A stretch of DNA of 64,000 bases from Lingula anatina (GCA_051362555.1 CM120640.1:13764001-13828000); one strand, 5' to 3'. Counted from the stretch's first letter, positions 32,901-46,907 are shown. The notes: generated from the sequence alone by a model not told the origin. Program-made: numbers and translations.

Positions 32901-34229
32901 CAGTCTCCACATCATTTAACAAATAATGTCTAGACACAACTGTGGTTTACCATTGCACATTCGCAGCAGGTAGTTTTTTCCAGCTGAATAAAAGATGTCC
33001 TGAAATTAAAAAAAAAAAAGAACTTAAAATTTAATGTTGTCTACATTCAAGCAACTTGGTTTCAAATATGTAACATACATACAAAGTTAATTCCATTAAA
33101 ATGCAGCAAGATTACTTTGCAGTTGACAAATAAACGGCTACAATCTGTACCAATGCTAAAGCAAGCCTAATCTGTGCAGAAGTCACAAGTTTTATAGTCA
33201 TGATAGAAGTTCAACATTTTAACCCCGAAACAGATACTTAAATTGCCTTTAAGAAAATATAAAAGCAGTCATTTTTATCCTTTGTTTCAAAATAGACTCC
33301 TCAAGTTTTTACAAACAGTAAGGCCTAAGTCTACTCACCGACTTCCATGTGGCTACACCATCTTCCACAAACTTGAAGAGTGAGCTGCATTTCTCTAGCT
33401 CCAAGCCATCAAACGTGTCTTGCAACAAAAGGAATGGTGTGGAGTGGGAACCTAATTCTGAAATTCAACAGATAATCATGAACCCATTGGAAATTTATAG
33501 GAGTAAAATGGCACCTTAGCAAAAACATCAGATTTATAAATCGGCTGAAAATTTCATTTTAAAATTGAAGTTTGAATTGCAAACCATTAAATCAAGTGTA
33601 GAAAAAACTAGTGGTAATAGAAGTTAACAGAACATGATAATACTGATATCTGACTATCTGTTACAAAACAAACCATATATGACAATACAAAGAAAATTAC
33701 TAAACGAAGATGTACCGTTTTGCACATTTTATAATCAACTTGAAAAAGCTTTCCTTACTCTGCACATAAATATTATGACTAATAAATAACACTGCACAAC
33801 TGTCTTTTTATTAAAGATACAAAAAAAAATGAAAGAAAACCATACAAATCTATGCCACCCACCTTGTCTGACTGCCTCTACAGCTAAATTTATGAGTGAT
33901 GTAAGTATGCTGATATCACCTCCTGACTGCTGAAAATAATTTACATAGAACGTTAGTTTTTTCCCTCTCATGTTCACGTATTAATTAAATACACATCCAT
34001 GTTTGTACCAAGAATAAGACTAACTTAATAGGTTATCAAAATTAACATGAAGTAAAAAATACTCTTGGGACATGACTCATTCTGACACTCACCACTTGTT
34101 TGTGAACTGCATCTCTGAAGGCTTGGTCAAGGGCTAGCTTTCTTTCTGATTCACTAGAAGAAATTACAATTAAAACCAACTGTCTAATTAAAACAAAGCA
34201 TTGCATTGGCCGTAGCCTGGTATTAACGT

Positions 34230-34262
<33 letters not shown>

Positions 34263-34870
34263 AGTGGCTAAACATTGGCCAAAGGCAAATCTATACTTCC
34301 ACTTTTCTTCACTTGTATATAAATATGCAACATTAATAACTACATAACACAAAATAGCATGTATGCGTCAACTTGTAAAACACAATTCACTATCCAACAG
34401 ATGCAGTCAGAGAGATTACAATTTCTTACCTGCCCGGCAAAGTTTGGAACTCATCTCGTAAACCATTCAAGTCTGTGCTGTTGTGATGTTTCTCAATGAA
34501 TTTCTGGGTAAAAATAAAAATAACATTTCTTAATAAAACAAGGCAATGTTGACATGTGTTTTTCTTAATTCCATTTGCTTATTGTACGTGGGCAGAATTT
34601 TACTAAACAGCTATGTATAATATATGTGCTGTTTGAAGAAATGAAAGATATCTATCTGTGAAGCATATTTATTTTGCGTACGCTACTGACGCCGTAATGG
34701 TGTGTTAATTTGTTATGGAGCTTGTCTGCTACACCGTCGGCGGCAGATTTCAGCCGGCAAGTTCCAAACTGAGTGACCTGATCGGTTTGAAATAACCAGT
34801 GACTAGGAAGGCTAATTACCTGGTTGAGTGAAATTCCACTGAGAAACACACTTGAGGATTTCTCTGAACT

Positions 34871-34904
<34 letters not shown>

Positions 34905-35151
34905 GCATTGGATCAAAAAAGGCAGTGGTGAAAAGTGAAGTTGTAACTTGAAAGCGATGTGAAGTAATAATAGACTAGTAGTTTATAAACACCTTCGTAC
35001 ATTCAGCAACATAGTTCTTTTATTCTACATAATTTTATGTTCACCCGTGTAATAGCAGCCACTCTTGCTTTCACAATGAATACTCTGAACTTACTAGACA
35101 CGTTTGTCTTTGCTTCTCAAAATCGGAGCCGCTTGCTGTGGAGGCTGCCAT
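26971..35151 (-). CDS. THOC1: THO complex subunit 1 (with C-terminal death domain)
   Basis: About 20 exons: 35151-35095 (MAASTAS), 34503-34430, ~34154-34094 (ERKLALDQAFR), ~33929-33863, ~33458-33340, ~33000-32951 (GKNYLLRMCN), ~32586-32492 (LLRRLSKSLDTVFCGRIQLFLARLFP), ~32241-32163, ~31854-31785, ~31412-31292 (IDYNLYRRFWSLQD), ~31083-30953 (YFAKYLTNEK), ~30490-30390, ~30164-30046, ~29842-29752 (REENWNAWKNEGCP), ~29269-29136 (MGNDELTRLW), ~28908-28822, ~28624-28469 (WRSLRLLARRSPHFF), ~28144-28047, ~27547-27365 (death domain), 27066-26971 (stop TAG). Confidence 0.93.
28297..28356. repeat. 30-bp tandem duplication in THOC1 intron
   Basis: aagccatatctgaaaagtataccaaaaaca present twice in tandem. 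Confidence 0.8.
34872..34904. repeat. (TAT)n microsatellite
   Basis: About 11 perfect TAT units in THOC1 intron 1. Confidence 0.85.
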
Positions 35152-35315
35152 CTTTACTAAACAACAATCAATGACGAATTGCACATTTTACAAGGTGTAC
35201 ACAGGAAGTGACGTTTTTAACATGACATGTGGACAGTTTCAGTAGCAAATCCCTTGCCAAAGGACTTAATGATTAAAAATATGTGCTTTTTTCCTTTTAA
35301 AGTTCTTTAAACAGG
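35144..35315. promoter_or_regulatory. Compact bidirectional promoter THOC1/SLC35B3
   Basis: ETS-CRE composite caggaagtgacgt (~35202-35214); YY1-like AAGATGGC over the THOC1 ATG; plus-strand donor cag|gtaatg at ~35314 for a likely non-coding first SLC35B3 exon. Confidence 0.55.
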
Positions 35316-35761
35316 TAATGTTATCCAATTTTGGTATGTATTTAATACCAGTCCTTAGGTTTTATTCCATACCCCAAAGAAATACAGACACCTGTGCCTC
35401 GTTCGACTTTTTTCATTTCAATGTCTGACTTTGGAAATGAACATGATAAGTTTTTGACGTTGCTACATTGTCAGTGAAAAAATTGTACAAATAGTACATG
35501 GTTGATTGGTCATTACCTCTGAACTTTTAAAGATGTTAATGTCAACACTATTTAACCCTGCACGTCTACCCACAGGTACCCAGCAGCACTGCTGTTTACT
35601 TTTTATCATACATGTACATATATATACATTATTTATATTTAATGTACAGTTGACGTTTACTGTCTGTATAAGTAACTACTCTGTAGTATTAAAATGAGAA
35701 ATCAATGAATTAATAATGTTGACAGCTGAGCTTACATGTTTCATTCTAGCATAGAGAAGTG

Positions 35762-37108
35762 ATGTTGAATTCTGATGGTAGTAAACCTTCCTATGGGTTT
35801 TACAAGACGCCAGTTCGTCGATCATCTAACATGTTAAATCAAGGAGATCATACAAGCACAGTACTGATTGATCATTCTCATAGGGAACATAGGAATAGAA
35901 AGGAAGACGAATCAAAGGACAATATTTCTATTCTTTGCTTTGATTTAACACATGTATCCCCAGCTGTGCAATTTTTCATTTTGACTTTTGGAATCTTTTT
36001 CTTTTATCTGTTGTATGGTTATGTCCAGGTAAGTGAAAACATTTTCAATAGGATATACTGTATATCAAGGAATTTTACATGGTTCCATATGTTGGATTAA
36101 GTAGCAGTAAATATTATCATGAAGTTCATGAATTTACCCTGTATATTGATTTGTTTTTAAATCTTAAATCTTTGAAATCGGCTTTGTTTACATACACCCT
36201 TGCAGTGCATGATAAATTAGACACCTAACTCTTGTATACGGTATTCAGGAATTGATATTCAGACTTGAGGGCTTTCGTCCCTATGGCTGGTACCTAACAT
36301 TAGTACAGTTTGGATGCTACTCACTGTTTGGTTTAGTTGAATTGTATATGAAAGCTGACAGACAACGGAGGTAAGTTTGTTTAGATTAATTTGTTGAGCT
36401 TGGATACTACTTTATGATTTTATTTCAAATTAAATTAATGACGCTAGTCTTGTTTGATGGAAAAAATCTTACTTCCTTAAAATTTATTTTTGCACTGGAG
36501 GTGTCCTGTCTACCTTTCTGTACATATACTCTAAAAATATGAGCTTTAATAGAAAGACTTTTGTGCATTTATGATGGAATTTTTAAATAATTTTTGCAGT
36601 AAAGAGTTTGATTACAAAAATGTGACAGTGCACTTGCTCTCCTTCATTTTCTGTCAAAAGTCTGTAACCGCTATAATTTCTATAATGCATTAATTCATAT
36701 TTTATATTTTCCTGAACATCTTATTTTATACTGTAGGATTCCCCTTCCAACATATGGTTTCTTGGCCTTCTTAACAGTAGCCACCATGGGTTTGTCAAAT
36801 TCCTCTTTAGGATACCTTAACTATCCGACCCAAGTTATATTTAAATGCTGCAAACTAATACCAGTTTTAGTAGGAGGTATTATAATTCAAGGTGAGGAAG
36901 GTGGCATATACACTTGGTTTGTGATGATCTCATTCGTTGTAAGGGAATTTGGAAATTGGGTAACTACTATTTATCCCCATATTTCTGTGACAAAAATCAG
37001 GGAATGTTATCCCATCTGTCCATGCATAACTATGTTTGTAATTTCCTAGACCATAAGAAAAAAGAAATTGAAACTCTGGGTATTGATAGACATTCAATGT
37101 GATTTGTT

Positions 37109-37146
<38 letters not shown>

Positions 37147-40100
37147 GGATTGCAGCCTGCTTTTCCAAATCTGTGAAGTTAAGCATGCTCTTTCCTGATA
37201 ATTTTTATATGTGTTTAATGTTACATTTTCCAAAATATATGAATATAAAGCAAAATGCAATGCATAATCTAAGCGGAAAGTGGGTTCACAAGATCAGCGC
37301 CATGTATGATGTTGAAATTTTGATGCCCATGTCCCAATTTTTGTTACTCAGTATCGTGGACGTATAGATTTTTCTTTGCATGTGAAGTTTGTAAATGAAA
37401 TGATGTGGTAAGATCAGCCTTTTTTATTCGTCTTTTTAATCTGCATATTTTAAGATACAGCGAAAGAAAAATGTCCAATTTCAGGCAAAAAATATGGTGT
37501 GATAGATGTTAGTGCATGTCTCAGTATGAGCATTGGGTTAATCCTTTTTACTCTGGCAGACAGCACAGTTTCTCCTAATTTTAATTCTTATGGTAAGTAT
37601 GATGATGTAGATTTTTTCAAATTGCTTTATAGATAAAATTATTCATGAAAGAATGTTTATTATGATTTGATAAGGTATTCTATATTACTGCCACAATATG
37701 CTTATTAAATCATTTCAAGTTTGGTGTTAAATGGTTAAAAAAGTATGGTTAATGATAAATGAAACTTAATTTTTAGATACATGTTACAATTTATCAGCTG
37801 ACCTGTGTTTATGCTAGCATGTAAACATTTTGATATGTTTTTCCCTACATTATTTGTCACTTACTTATTTATTTTCTTAGAAAGATGGTCCAAAGATTCC
37901 TTGTTGGAACTATATAATTCTAATAATTTGGTTAAGACCAAAAACATTTGTCAGCTTTAGCATGGCCAGTACTGCTTTGAGGGTGGAAATCTGTCTCATA
38001 CATGAATGAAAAATGGTTCATGCTGCTGTCAATGACTTATTTTTTTCAGGTATTTTATTGATCTCACTTGCTCTTTGTGCTGATGCTGTGATAGGAAATG
38101 TGCAAGAAAAAACAATGAAAGAATTCAAGAGCACCAATTCAGAAATGGTAATGTGCATGTTACGAGGGGTTTCAACTGAAGCCAAATAGAAAAGAATTAC
38201 TTTGTATGGTTGTAAATATAGCATGCAGACAAATGGCATTGTTTGAGTCAATGCAGTTATTTGTGTTGTTTCTAGCTCTTCAATTCTTATGAATATCAAT
38301 TAGAGGTAAAGAAAATGAAATTAAAAATCAACTGTTTTCAATATCATAATGATTCGTTTTACTGTTAAAATCCTTACTTAATTTTTTAAGATTGAAAAAT
38401 GTTTGAATTCCATTTTAGGTATTATACTCATACTCTATTGGGTTTGTGTACATCTTATTTGGACTTGTTATCAGTGGACAGCTTTTTCCTGCATTTAATT
38501 TTTGTTTACAAGTAAGTTCTTTGTAATATCTTTTCTCTGTAGTTTAACCGATCTTTTCCAAATAATATTTAAGTCATAAAGACCTAATACAGAGATTTTG
38601 TGCCTTCAGTGGGGCTGGCACTTACAAATGTTTTACGTGCCTTATTATCATTGAAACCTTTTTTCTAATGTGTAAATGTCAGCATCAAAGCATACTCATG
38701 CCCTGTGTATAGTGTACAGTAGTTTGACTGGTTCACTTGTGTATCAGCTGACTTTTCATACTTCAACTGATGCATGACAGATCAGTTGATCTAGGAGCAA
38801 TGGATCAGGAGGCCAGATGAAGGAGTCAATCTCTCAGTGTATCTGATCACCTGGAACAACCCAGACATCAAATTGAACAGGAGCAGCAGGGGTCTCACTG
38901 GTGCAAGAGGCGGGCAGAAGACAACAGCACATACACTTCAACCTGTCATGTGTCAGTTGTGTCCATGTTGCCTGACAGCCAGGCAAAACTGTCCACCCCC
39001 ACATACACAGTGTAGATTTGCATCAATAGAACTATTAATGTTGTCATTTTAATAGTGTTTTACCTTCACAGTCTCTGTACTTGTTTCAGTGAATGCCAGT
39101 TTAATCATATTTCCTTATTCCATATAGTATCCAGTGGAAACCTATGGTTATGGTGCAGTCTTCTCCCTGACTGGCTATCTGGGTGTGAACATAGTACTGA
39201 CCATGGTCAAGACATTTGGGGCTCTCATAGCTGTGACAGGTGAGTTAGCTATCACAACACACTTCACTGGTTAAACTAATTAGAAATTCTGGAGAAAAAA
39301 TTTTTGTTAAGTGTGTTTTGCTACTTGATTTCATGTTCTTGATGTTGTAAAGACCAACACAAGAGGTGTGCATCTTGTAATGAGTATATTTTAATGTAAT
39401 GGAATGTAATGTAGTATAATATAATATGTTTAGCTACATTTTCAGAAATGTTTATATAAAATAGTAGTTTCTGTTCAATCAGTGTGCCAATTGCATTACT
39501 GCCATAATTCAGGGAAGCCATTGTTGAATTGTGTTAGTGGTCATTCACAGCACATTTCAAGCAATCTTCAATCTAAATAGATGCGACTTTGCAGTGTCTG
39601 TAAGCCTACTATTGAAAAAAGGGATTTCAAATTTTATCTGAGACTATGTTTTTTAAATGTATTTTGTTTTAATATTGCTAGAGAAAAATGAAAACAGTTT
39701 GTATTGAGGCCATTCATTTATGATTAAATGCTTTTTTCTCAGTGACCACATGTAGAAAAGCCTTGACCATAGTGCTTTCTTTCATTTTCTTTGCCAAGCC
39801 ATTTACTTTCCAGTGAGTAGAAATCATTTTTATTTTCATCAGTCAGTGTTTTTAAGAACGGAAGAAGCTAAACCAGACCTGTAATGGACTAATTAATGTT
39901 ACAAAACATTAGTATATGTTAAAACCCAGAGTGGGTCTGGAAATTTTAAATTCCATTTGATGCATTCAAGAGAAAATTATTCTGAATGGTGTCTATAAAA
40001 GAGCATCGTTTTTTTGTGAAAATACCTTATAATAAATGCTTCGCTACATGTGCAAATTCCATAAAATATCTAAAATAATTACTGCAACTTATAAGTAATG

Positions 40101-40311
40101 GCTTTTCTTTTAGATAGATATTGAAATTTCATCCAGTTTGATTACTTTCAGATATTTGTGGGCAGGTCTGATTGTTTTACTGGGGATTTACCTGAACATA
40201 TACAGCAAGAACAAAACCAAGTGGGATCCAGTCATCAGAGAATATCTTACAAGACTGAACCCATGCAGAAAACGTGATATTCAGCTGAACAATATGGAAA
40301 ATATTGTTTAA
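35762..40311 (+). CDS. SLC35B3: Adenosine 3'-phospho 5'-phosphosulfate transporter 2 (PAPST2)
   Basis: Exons 35762-36028 (FFFYLLYGYVQ), 36249-36370 (ELIFRLEGFRPYGWYLTLVQF), 36737-36891 (MGLSNSSLGYLNYPTQVIFKCCKLIPV), 37485-37592, 38050-38147 (ADAVIGNVQEK), 38419-38511, 39128-39239, 39743-39812 (TTCRKALTIVLSF), 40152-40311 (stop TAA). Confidence 0.93.
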
Positions 40312-41634
40312 TTTACCATTGAGGCCACAATAAGAACTAGTCACAATTGTACTTTGACTAAAATTTTGCTTAACATCAAAAGGTAGCTAGGGGGATTGTG
40401 TCTCTTGGAATATTTTTGGATTGGTTTTATGTTATAGTCTGTATACATTGCAAGCTTTACTCTTTACAAAGATTCTGAATTCACTAATTTATTTTGCACA
40501 AAAGAAGATAAGGTGCTATGCATTGGAAATTGGTGCAAAAAAATTATGAAACAAAAGGTATCTTAGTATTAGTTGTGGGTTTCTAGTTCTAGCACACCAT
40601 TATTATTTTTTTAAATTTAAACTCATTTTTAAAAACATTTTTATGGACAAATACACCTGCATCTGTCATTCCCATTTCATTTAGTACTCGAAAATGTCAT
40701 TAAAGAAAAAATGAGTTACTCATTATTCTCACACTTACAAGAATGACTCATACGACTAAATATACGGTTCCAATTTTAAAACAAGCCTGTTTGGGTTTTT
40801 TTTTTTAATTTACGATGTTTGTTTCTTTTTTTTTTTTCATAAATTGGCATCTAGGTATGACTTTGGATTAGCGTGGATTTGGTGCTCAGTCCTTGTTACA
40901 TTTTCTTTATGTCTGCAGTAAAATAAGTATGTGATTAAACATTGATGGTGATTATACTGTGAAGCATTCTGTAATATTGCATTAAAATTGACAAAAAACG
41001 TCCACTGCCATCGTTTAATTTTGTTCGCCTTTTTTAGAATGTTTTCGTGCAGCTCCTCTCACTTTTGTCATTTTTGTCTGTCCATTTGTCAGCTTTGCTG
41101 CCTTGTTTTATTTGCTCCAATCCAGTGGATGTTTACATACATTAATTTTGTTTTATTTGGTGTAAAATCCAATATTTGAGTAGGGTTTTATTATGGTTAC
41201 TGAAACGGTTTTTGAGACATGCACAGGCATTTACGTCAGACTGAAAAAAGAAAAATCAATCCCATGAGCGATTCTCAGCTTCGTCATTTATACCTAATGT
41301 GGTTGTTTTTATTATAGAAAATGAGGGTTTTTATAAATTGTGATAAAGTATATTTATTTATTATGGTTATTTATACTGTATTTATGAGCATCATAACGGC
41401 TCTTTGAAGCCTTGGTGTCATTAAAGGGAAATAAATATGGTGGTGATCGAGGCATGTCATTTTCCTTAGTTTTTTCAAGTGCAACAATAGAAATTTCCAG
41501 TCGGCTGCACTTTAGCATGTTATATACTAAAAGAATATGTTTGTGGTAGATCTCGGGTGGCCGTTATTTCGAGTCTTCAGTCCTACGGAAACAACAGAAG
41601 CCGTGTCTTTTATCGCTTGTGTTCACTCTTACAC

Positions 41635-42693
41635 CAGGGCCGTAGCCTGAGCAAACTGCCAGGGGGGGCAGTAACAGGGATGCTAGTCTTCCGGTTTTTA
41701 CCGGAATTCCGGTTTTTTGCGTCCAGTTATAAAATTTTCTGGTACTATATTTTGTTCCGGAATTCTCGTTTTTAACGTGGTCGCGGACTGGACGAACGAT
41801 GCGTCAGAGGAACGTCGCATTTCAACCATTGCGACAGAGCTGCGTTTCAACACAATATCTAGTCACAACCGTAGCACGTGATTTATTTATGGCGCTTGAT
41901 TGGTTGGAAATGTAGGCTTTAATGTCGGCACCCATGTGGAAAATTTTGACACCGCGTGCGCGGAATTTTGAACTAAACCAAACTAAATGGATTTCGCGGA
42001 GAGGGGAACAGACGATATTAGAAACATCGACATTACTGTCAAAAATAGATTTAGTTGGAGTTTTAGAAATTTTGATTAATGAGACTGCAGTTGGAGCCCC
42101 ATTGTTGCTTGGGCATTACCACGAAAGCCATTACCAATCTTTGAAAATGATAAATGAAAGGGATTAACATTTAGTGACTATCATTATCATGCTGGTGATT
42201 ATCAAGCTTACGTGAGGGATCATTACTGTCTACTATGGGTGGTAGGTGTTTATGTACTGATGGCACTTCCATCTTGTCAATGTCAAGATTATCCTTGGAA
42301 ACAACTGTTGAAAATTACCACGAAGTTGTGATGACATATATTGCAATATATTTATTAAATAAAATTTGAAATATAGTAATTGTTTCATAATCAATTTGTA
42401 CCCCCCCCCCCCCCGGTCTTTGCCAAAAAAAAGTTCAGGTTTTCTTTCTGGACCCCACTAGCATCCCTGCAGTAAGCGGACACGAGGGGGCGAAGCCACC
42501 AAGGGGGGGGGGTGTGGGTGGGGGTGTCCCCCTCCCACGGTGTGGAAAAATTTTAAAAACTGTATGTATAATACTGCATTCTGGTGCATTTTAACTGTTA
42601 TTTATTGCTCAATCAGAAGTCAGAAATTGCGATTATTTCTTTGCACCTCAAATCCCAGGGGGGGCAGCTGCCCCCCCGGAGGCTACGGCCCTG
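41635..42693. mobile_element. CAGGG-ended MITE with 5-bp TSD (hAT5-like), host of a nested element
   Basis: TIR cagggccgtagcct...aggctacggccctg; TACAC on both flanks; G-rich interior. Confidence 0.8.
41675..42469. mobile_element. Nested non-autonomous DNA transposon with 6-bp TSD (hAT6-like)
   Basis: TIR cagggatgctagt...actagcatccctg; CAGTAA duplicated at 41669-41674 and 42470-42475; subterminal ttccgg repeats. Confidence 0.8.
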
Positions 42694-43178
42694 TACACTT
42701 GGAACACCTCTTTATCGCTCAAACCAAGGAGTTATAACTCCTTGCTCAAACTCAAAATAATTCGTACACGATTTTATAATTTGTATTTGAAACAGAAAGA
42801 CTACGACGAGGATTTGTCATTTTCTTTTTTGTCTTCCATCAGGCACAGTGTGCCAAGAGAGAATTTCTGTATGAAGCACTGTCGTCAAATTAGGTGTTTT
42901 TCAATGGTGGCAACACAACTTTTGATACAATGTTAAAGACCGATAATAGATACCAACATACCGAAATCTATTTTTTGCCTGAAAATCTCTGTAAAAAGAG
43001 TTATTATACATACACAAACACCACTTACTTGCCGGTCAAGACTTCATCTGACGTAAAACAAATGAAATAGTGTAAAAGTGAAAGTGAGCGAAGAAACGGA
43101 TGCATATTTTCAGGCAGTGTTAAAAGAAACCCCTCCCCCTAAATAAATGAATAAACAATAAATAAAAAGATAAAACCT

Positions 43179-43617
43179 GCATTTTAGCACTTTTTTGTCA
43201 GAACACTTAAACGCTAATATCCGTAGGGAAATTGTATACCGTGAGAAAAGCGTCAAGTCGATAAACTGATATCCTAGAATGAATGGTGCCCTTGTACTGG
43301 TTCAAAGGCAAATGTGTATCTTTACTTCTACAACTAGCACCATCTCGTTTAAACAAATAGCCGTTCCAAATTCCATCTGCAAAAAACGTGTAGAAATGAA
43401 AATGAACGAAGAAATAAATGTATCTTTAAAGGCAGCAAAAAGAACAGCATGTAAGCATACACTCTCTATGCGATTTAGCACTATTTGACAAAGCTCTTAA
43501 ATGCCAATATCCGCAGCAAAATTGTACACCGTGAGAAAAGTGCAAAGTCGATAAAGTGATTTCCTGGTAAGGGTGGCGTCCTTGTTACTGGTTTAAAAGC
43601 ACGTGTATAACTTTTCA
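43179..43617. repeat. Degenerate ~145-bp direct repeat (two copies ~290 bp apart)
   Basis: Copies at ~43179-43325 and ~43470-43617 share ttagcact...aatatccg..aaattgta.accgtgagaaaag...aagtcgataaa.tgat. Confidence 0.7.
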
Positions 43618-44218
43618 CGAGGGTCGCAAATATGGATTTGGTTTCCATAAACCAATTGACCACGAATTCAAAATGGCTTAATTGAAAATGAATTCATCGA
43701 TGTTTTATAGATCTCGACTCGATGATCCTTTGTATGCATTAATGGGAGAGACACACAGTGCATTTGTCGAAACGAGTTTTCCGGAACACGTAGAAAGCAG
43801 CACTTACAATGTAGTCCCTATGATGCTCTTCTCATTATATTAAGCAAAGAAAATCAATTTTTCTGACAAAATGTTGCATTCATCCCAAAATAACTTATAG
43901 AGTAGAAAGAGGAGATTAAGGGAAAAACGAAAACATGATGGTATTGTCCAGGGATTTGTCCATTTATTGGCCAAGTATCCTAGATATGTCTTTGAATAAT
44001 ATTTTCCTCAAATACTAATTTGCCACTTGGCCAAGTATTTTTTAGGAACTAACACTGTTATTTGAAGACTAAATATGACGGGATGTAGGAATGGTTTAAA
44101 AGAACCTTTTTCTTGAACAACTTTAGTGATTCGCCGAAGGAATTCATTAATACACAAGTAAACTTGTCGTCGCGACCCGACACGATTGTACATAGGTTGC
44201 TCTATAAGACAGAATACC

Positions 44219-44675
44219 ATGAAAAACTCAGCTTGGTGTGTCGTGCTCCAACTGCTGGCTTTTGTAGGATTTGAAAAAGTTTTAAGAGTGTCAGGCGGTA
44301 AGTAAAACAACTTCTTTCGTTATAATTTCCCTAACGGTACAAGTAGGATCATAAATGCTTATTTTCAAATCACTGTCAGCAGTTCTTCACATTTTTTTAT
44401 TTGTCCCCTTTCAGGATGGCAGCATTTGGAAAGTTATTACCTGGAAACATCACTACCATACGATTTGATGAACCAGGTGTCGCTGGATGAGTGCCAAGCG
44501 CAGTGTATTTCATTAGGCACTGATTGTCCGGCTATCAACTACAAACCAAATGGTCAAAAGTGCCAGATACTACAACAGAAAGACGGAGATAACGGGTGTA
44601 TATTGGTATATGCACATAACAGTTTCAGCTATTACGAGAAAACCAACAGCGAAAACGATACTGTCGTGACAAGTG

Positions 44676-44709
<34 letters not shown>

Positions 44710-45038
44710 AAATTTTAATATTTGAAAAGATCACGTTTTGAGTTACAACCGCAATGCCCGAACAATACCATCTCTGGTTACTTTCAGGTAAAAAACCTGG
44801 CCGTTTTTTCAGAAGATACGTCGGATACAAAATGCCTGCTCACTTGGTGATCGTCAACGAGACAGTGCTACAACGTACGATTTGTGCGTTCAACTGCATG
44901 GTGACCCCCCTCTGTATGTCGTTCAGCATACAGCCAGAAACGTACGGCTTGTCATATTTCTGCGAACTGAACAGTGCACGGAGGAACAACAACGGATCCA
45001 ATCTACTTTCTGATTCAAGTTTCTACTATTTTGAGTGA
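44219..45038 (+). CDS. Small secreted protein with two PAN/apple domains
   Basis: Exons 44219-44297 (signal peptide MKNSAWCVVLQLLAFVG), 44415-44672 (SLDECQAQCISLGTDCPAINY..KCQIL..YYEK), 44788-45038 (ICAFNCMVTPLCMSFS..CELNS..FYYFE*); phase-1 introns bound the domains. Confidence 0.8.
44678..44707. repeat. (CT)n microsatellite
   Basis: About 15 CT units immediately after the donor of PAN gene exon 2. Confidence 0.85.
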
Positions 45039-46023
45039 TATGTAAAATATAACATATCCTCCACATGTTCAGAAGGTCGACAAAGCACTACATAAGTTTG
45101 ATGAAGTTTACAGAAAAGGTCGAAATCCATTGGAATTATCCGACGTCTACCTAACAATCGAACTGGTGACTGATTCAAATATAATTATGATGTAGCCCCT
45201 ATACCACATAGAATACCACACCAAATTGGAAGGGAACAATGTATATACAATACAATTTTATTGGTAGTTTTCAATTGGACAAATACCTCAGTGCCTTGAA
45301 TAGCTGAGCATGATAATAATAAAATTAGCATTTAAAGCTGGTAAAAATGCAATTTTTCATGTCAAGGCCTACATATATAAAATGTCTTACGGATACATTA
45401 TTACAAGGTTTAATATAAACAGTCCATGACATTTTGACACTCAGTACCGAATATAAAAATATGTGTACAATTCATTCAAATTGCGACAGAATGGCTCAAT
45501 TTTTAGTATCTCTTTAATAAAACATATGCGAAAAAATTTGTATCGATTATACCGACACAACCATGTAACAGTTTAATACAACAAACCTCGTTTGCATATT
45601 TTCTTGAAATCGAGCGACAATTTAGCTCAGATAATTTGGAAAGCATGAATTGCTCCCTTTTCACTATTGTCATATTTTGGCATATTTCTATTGATATTTA
45701 AAAACCCTTTAATTTGCCAGTTCTTTTGTTTGAGAGAGCAAAGATTGTGCAAATACATAGCGTTTTAAGTGCTTAAATATTGCTTTTAAAACGCTACTTC
45801 CTGGAGACGATGAACTCGACAAAATTCTCTAAAAGAAAGTAAATAACGGATTTGTGTTTCATCGACTTAGCGACTTTCCTTCTAGTATTAAGCAAAAGAC
45901 AATGTAAAATCCATTTTCACGAGGAACGCTATTTAGACGCTGATTATCAACAGCCTCTTGATTTTTTATTAGACGGGATAAAAAGAAGTAAAGATATATC
46001 CAAAAAGCATTTTACGCTTCAAC

Positions 46024-46873
46024 ATGAAGACGACGTGCCTGTTTGTTGTTCTTTTGTATACAGTGATAGCATCGATATTCATGCAAATGACCGTAGGTGA
46101 GTGTAGTACATATCATCAGTATTATGTCTGAAATTTTACATCATTATTTCTGATAGATATACAAGTTAATGCTCATAGATACTTTCAAGATTTCACTGTA
46201 GTTTTCTTCCATAGAATCATCAAATAGAAGAGGAACAGAGAAGCAAGTCTCAGGCGGATTTTAAAAAAATATTATCAGTATTGGGACGTTGATTCCGTCC
46301 ACGTGGATGGCATTTCGACAACGTTTCCAATAAAAATATATCTTTGAATCGTATCGTATCTTTGAATCATGCATTGAAATAGTCTTTCAAATGAATTAAG
46401 AAACTTGCTTTGAAACGAAAAGCGCCAGTTTTGCGTAGTGAGTTGTGTGCTTTTTTCATCAGTAGAACCTATGCCGTGTTCATGCTGCATATTTTAACTC
46501 TAATAAGCTATCGTCAAATATGTTACATTAAATGCAGAAATTCAAGCATTTGGCACATTTCAGTTATTATTCCTGTGAGTTAGGATGTTGGTAACGAATT
46601 GATTCACTTTCTGCAGTTTCCATTCTATAATGCACAGTCGATATCCCGTTTGGGTATTCTAGCGTTGTTAAGAGCAGATAATGTTAATTATGTCGAGTTC
46701 CTCTGATCCTGAAAGGGATAACAATATGAGATTCATATTTCACAATAAAGACATTGTGAACAATTTATTTTACCACCAAAACAGCGGTTATCGCAAATTC
46801 TGGAATATGTGCTTGCCAGCAGAGCACGCGGACCATCATAGATGGCTATACCTCCACAATAATCTCTTTGGAC

Positions 46874-46907
<34 letters not shown>

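Noticed and set aside
38700-39050. GC-richer patch and 71-aa ORF in an SLC35B3 intron
   Set aside because: No convincing splice-compatible frame or motif; probably an old repeat fragment.
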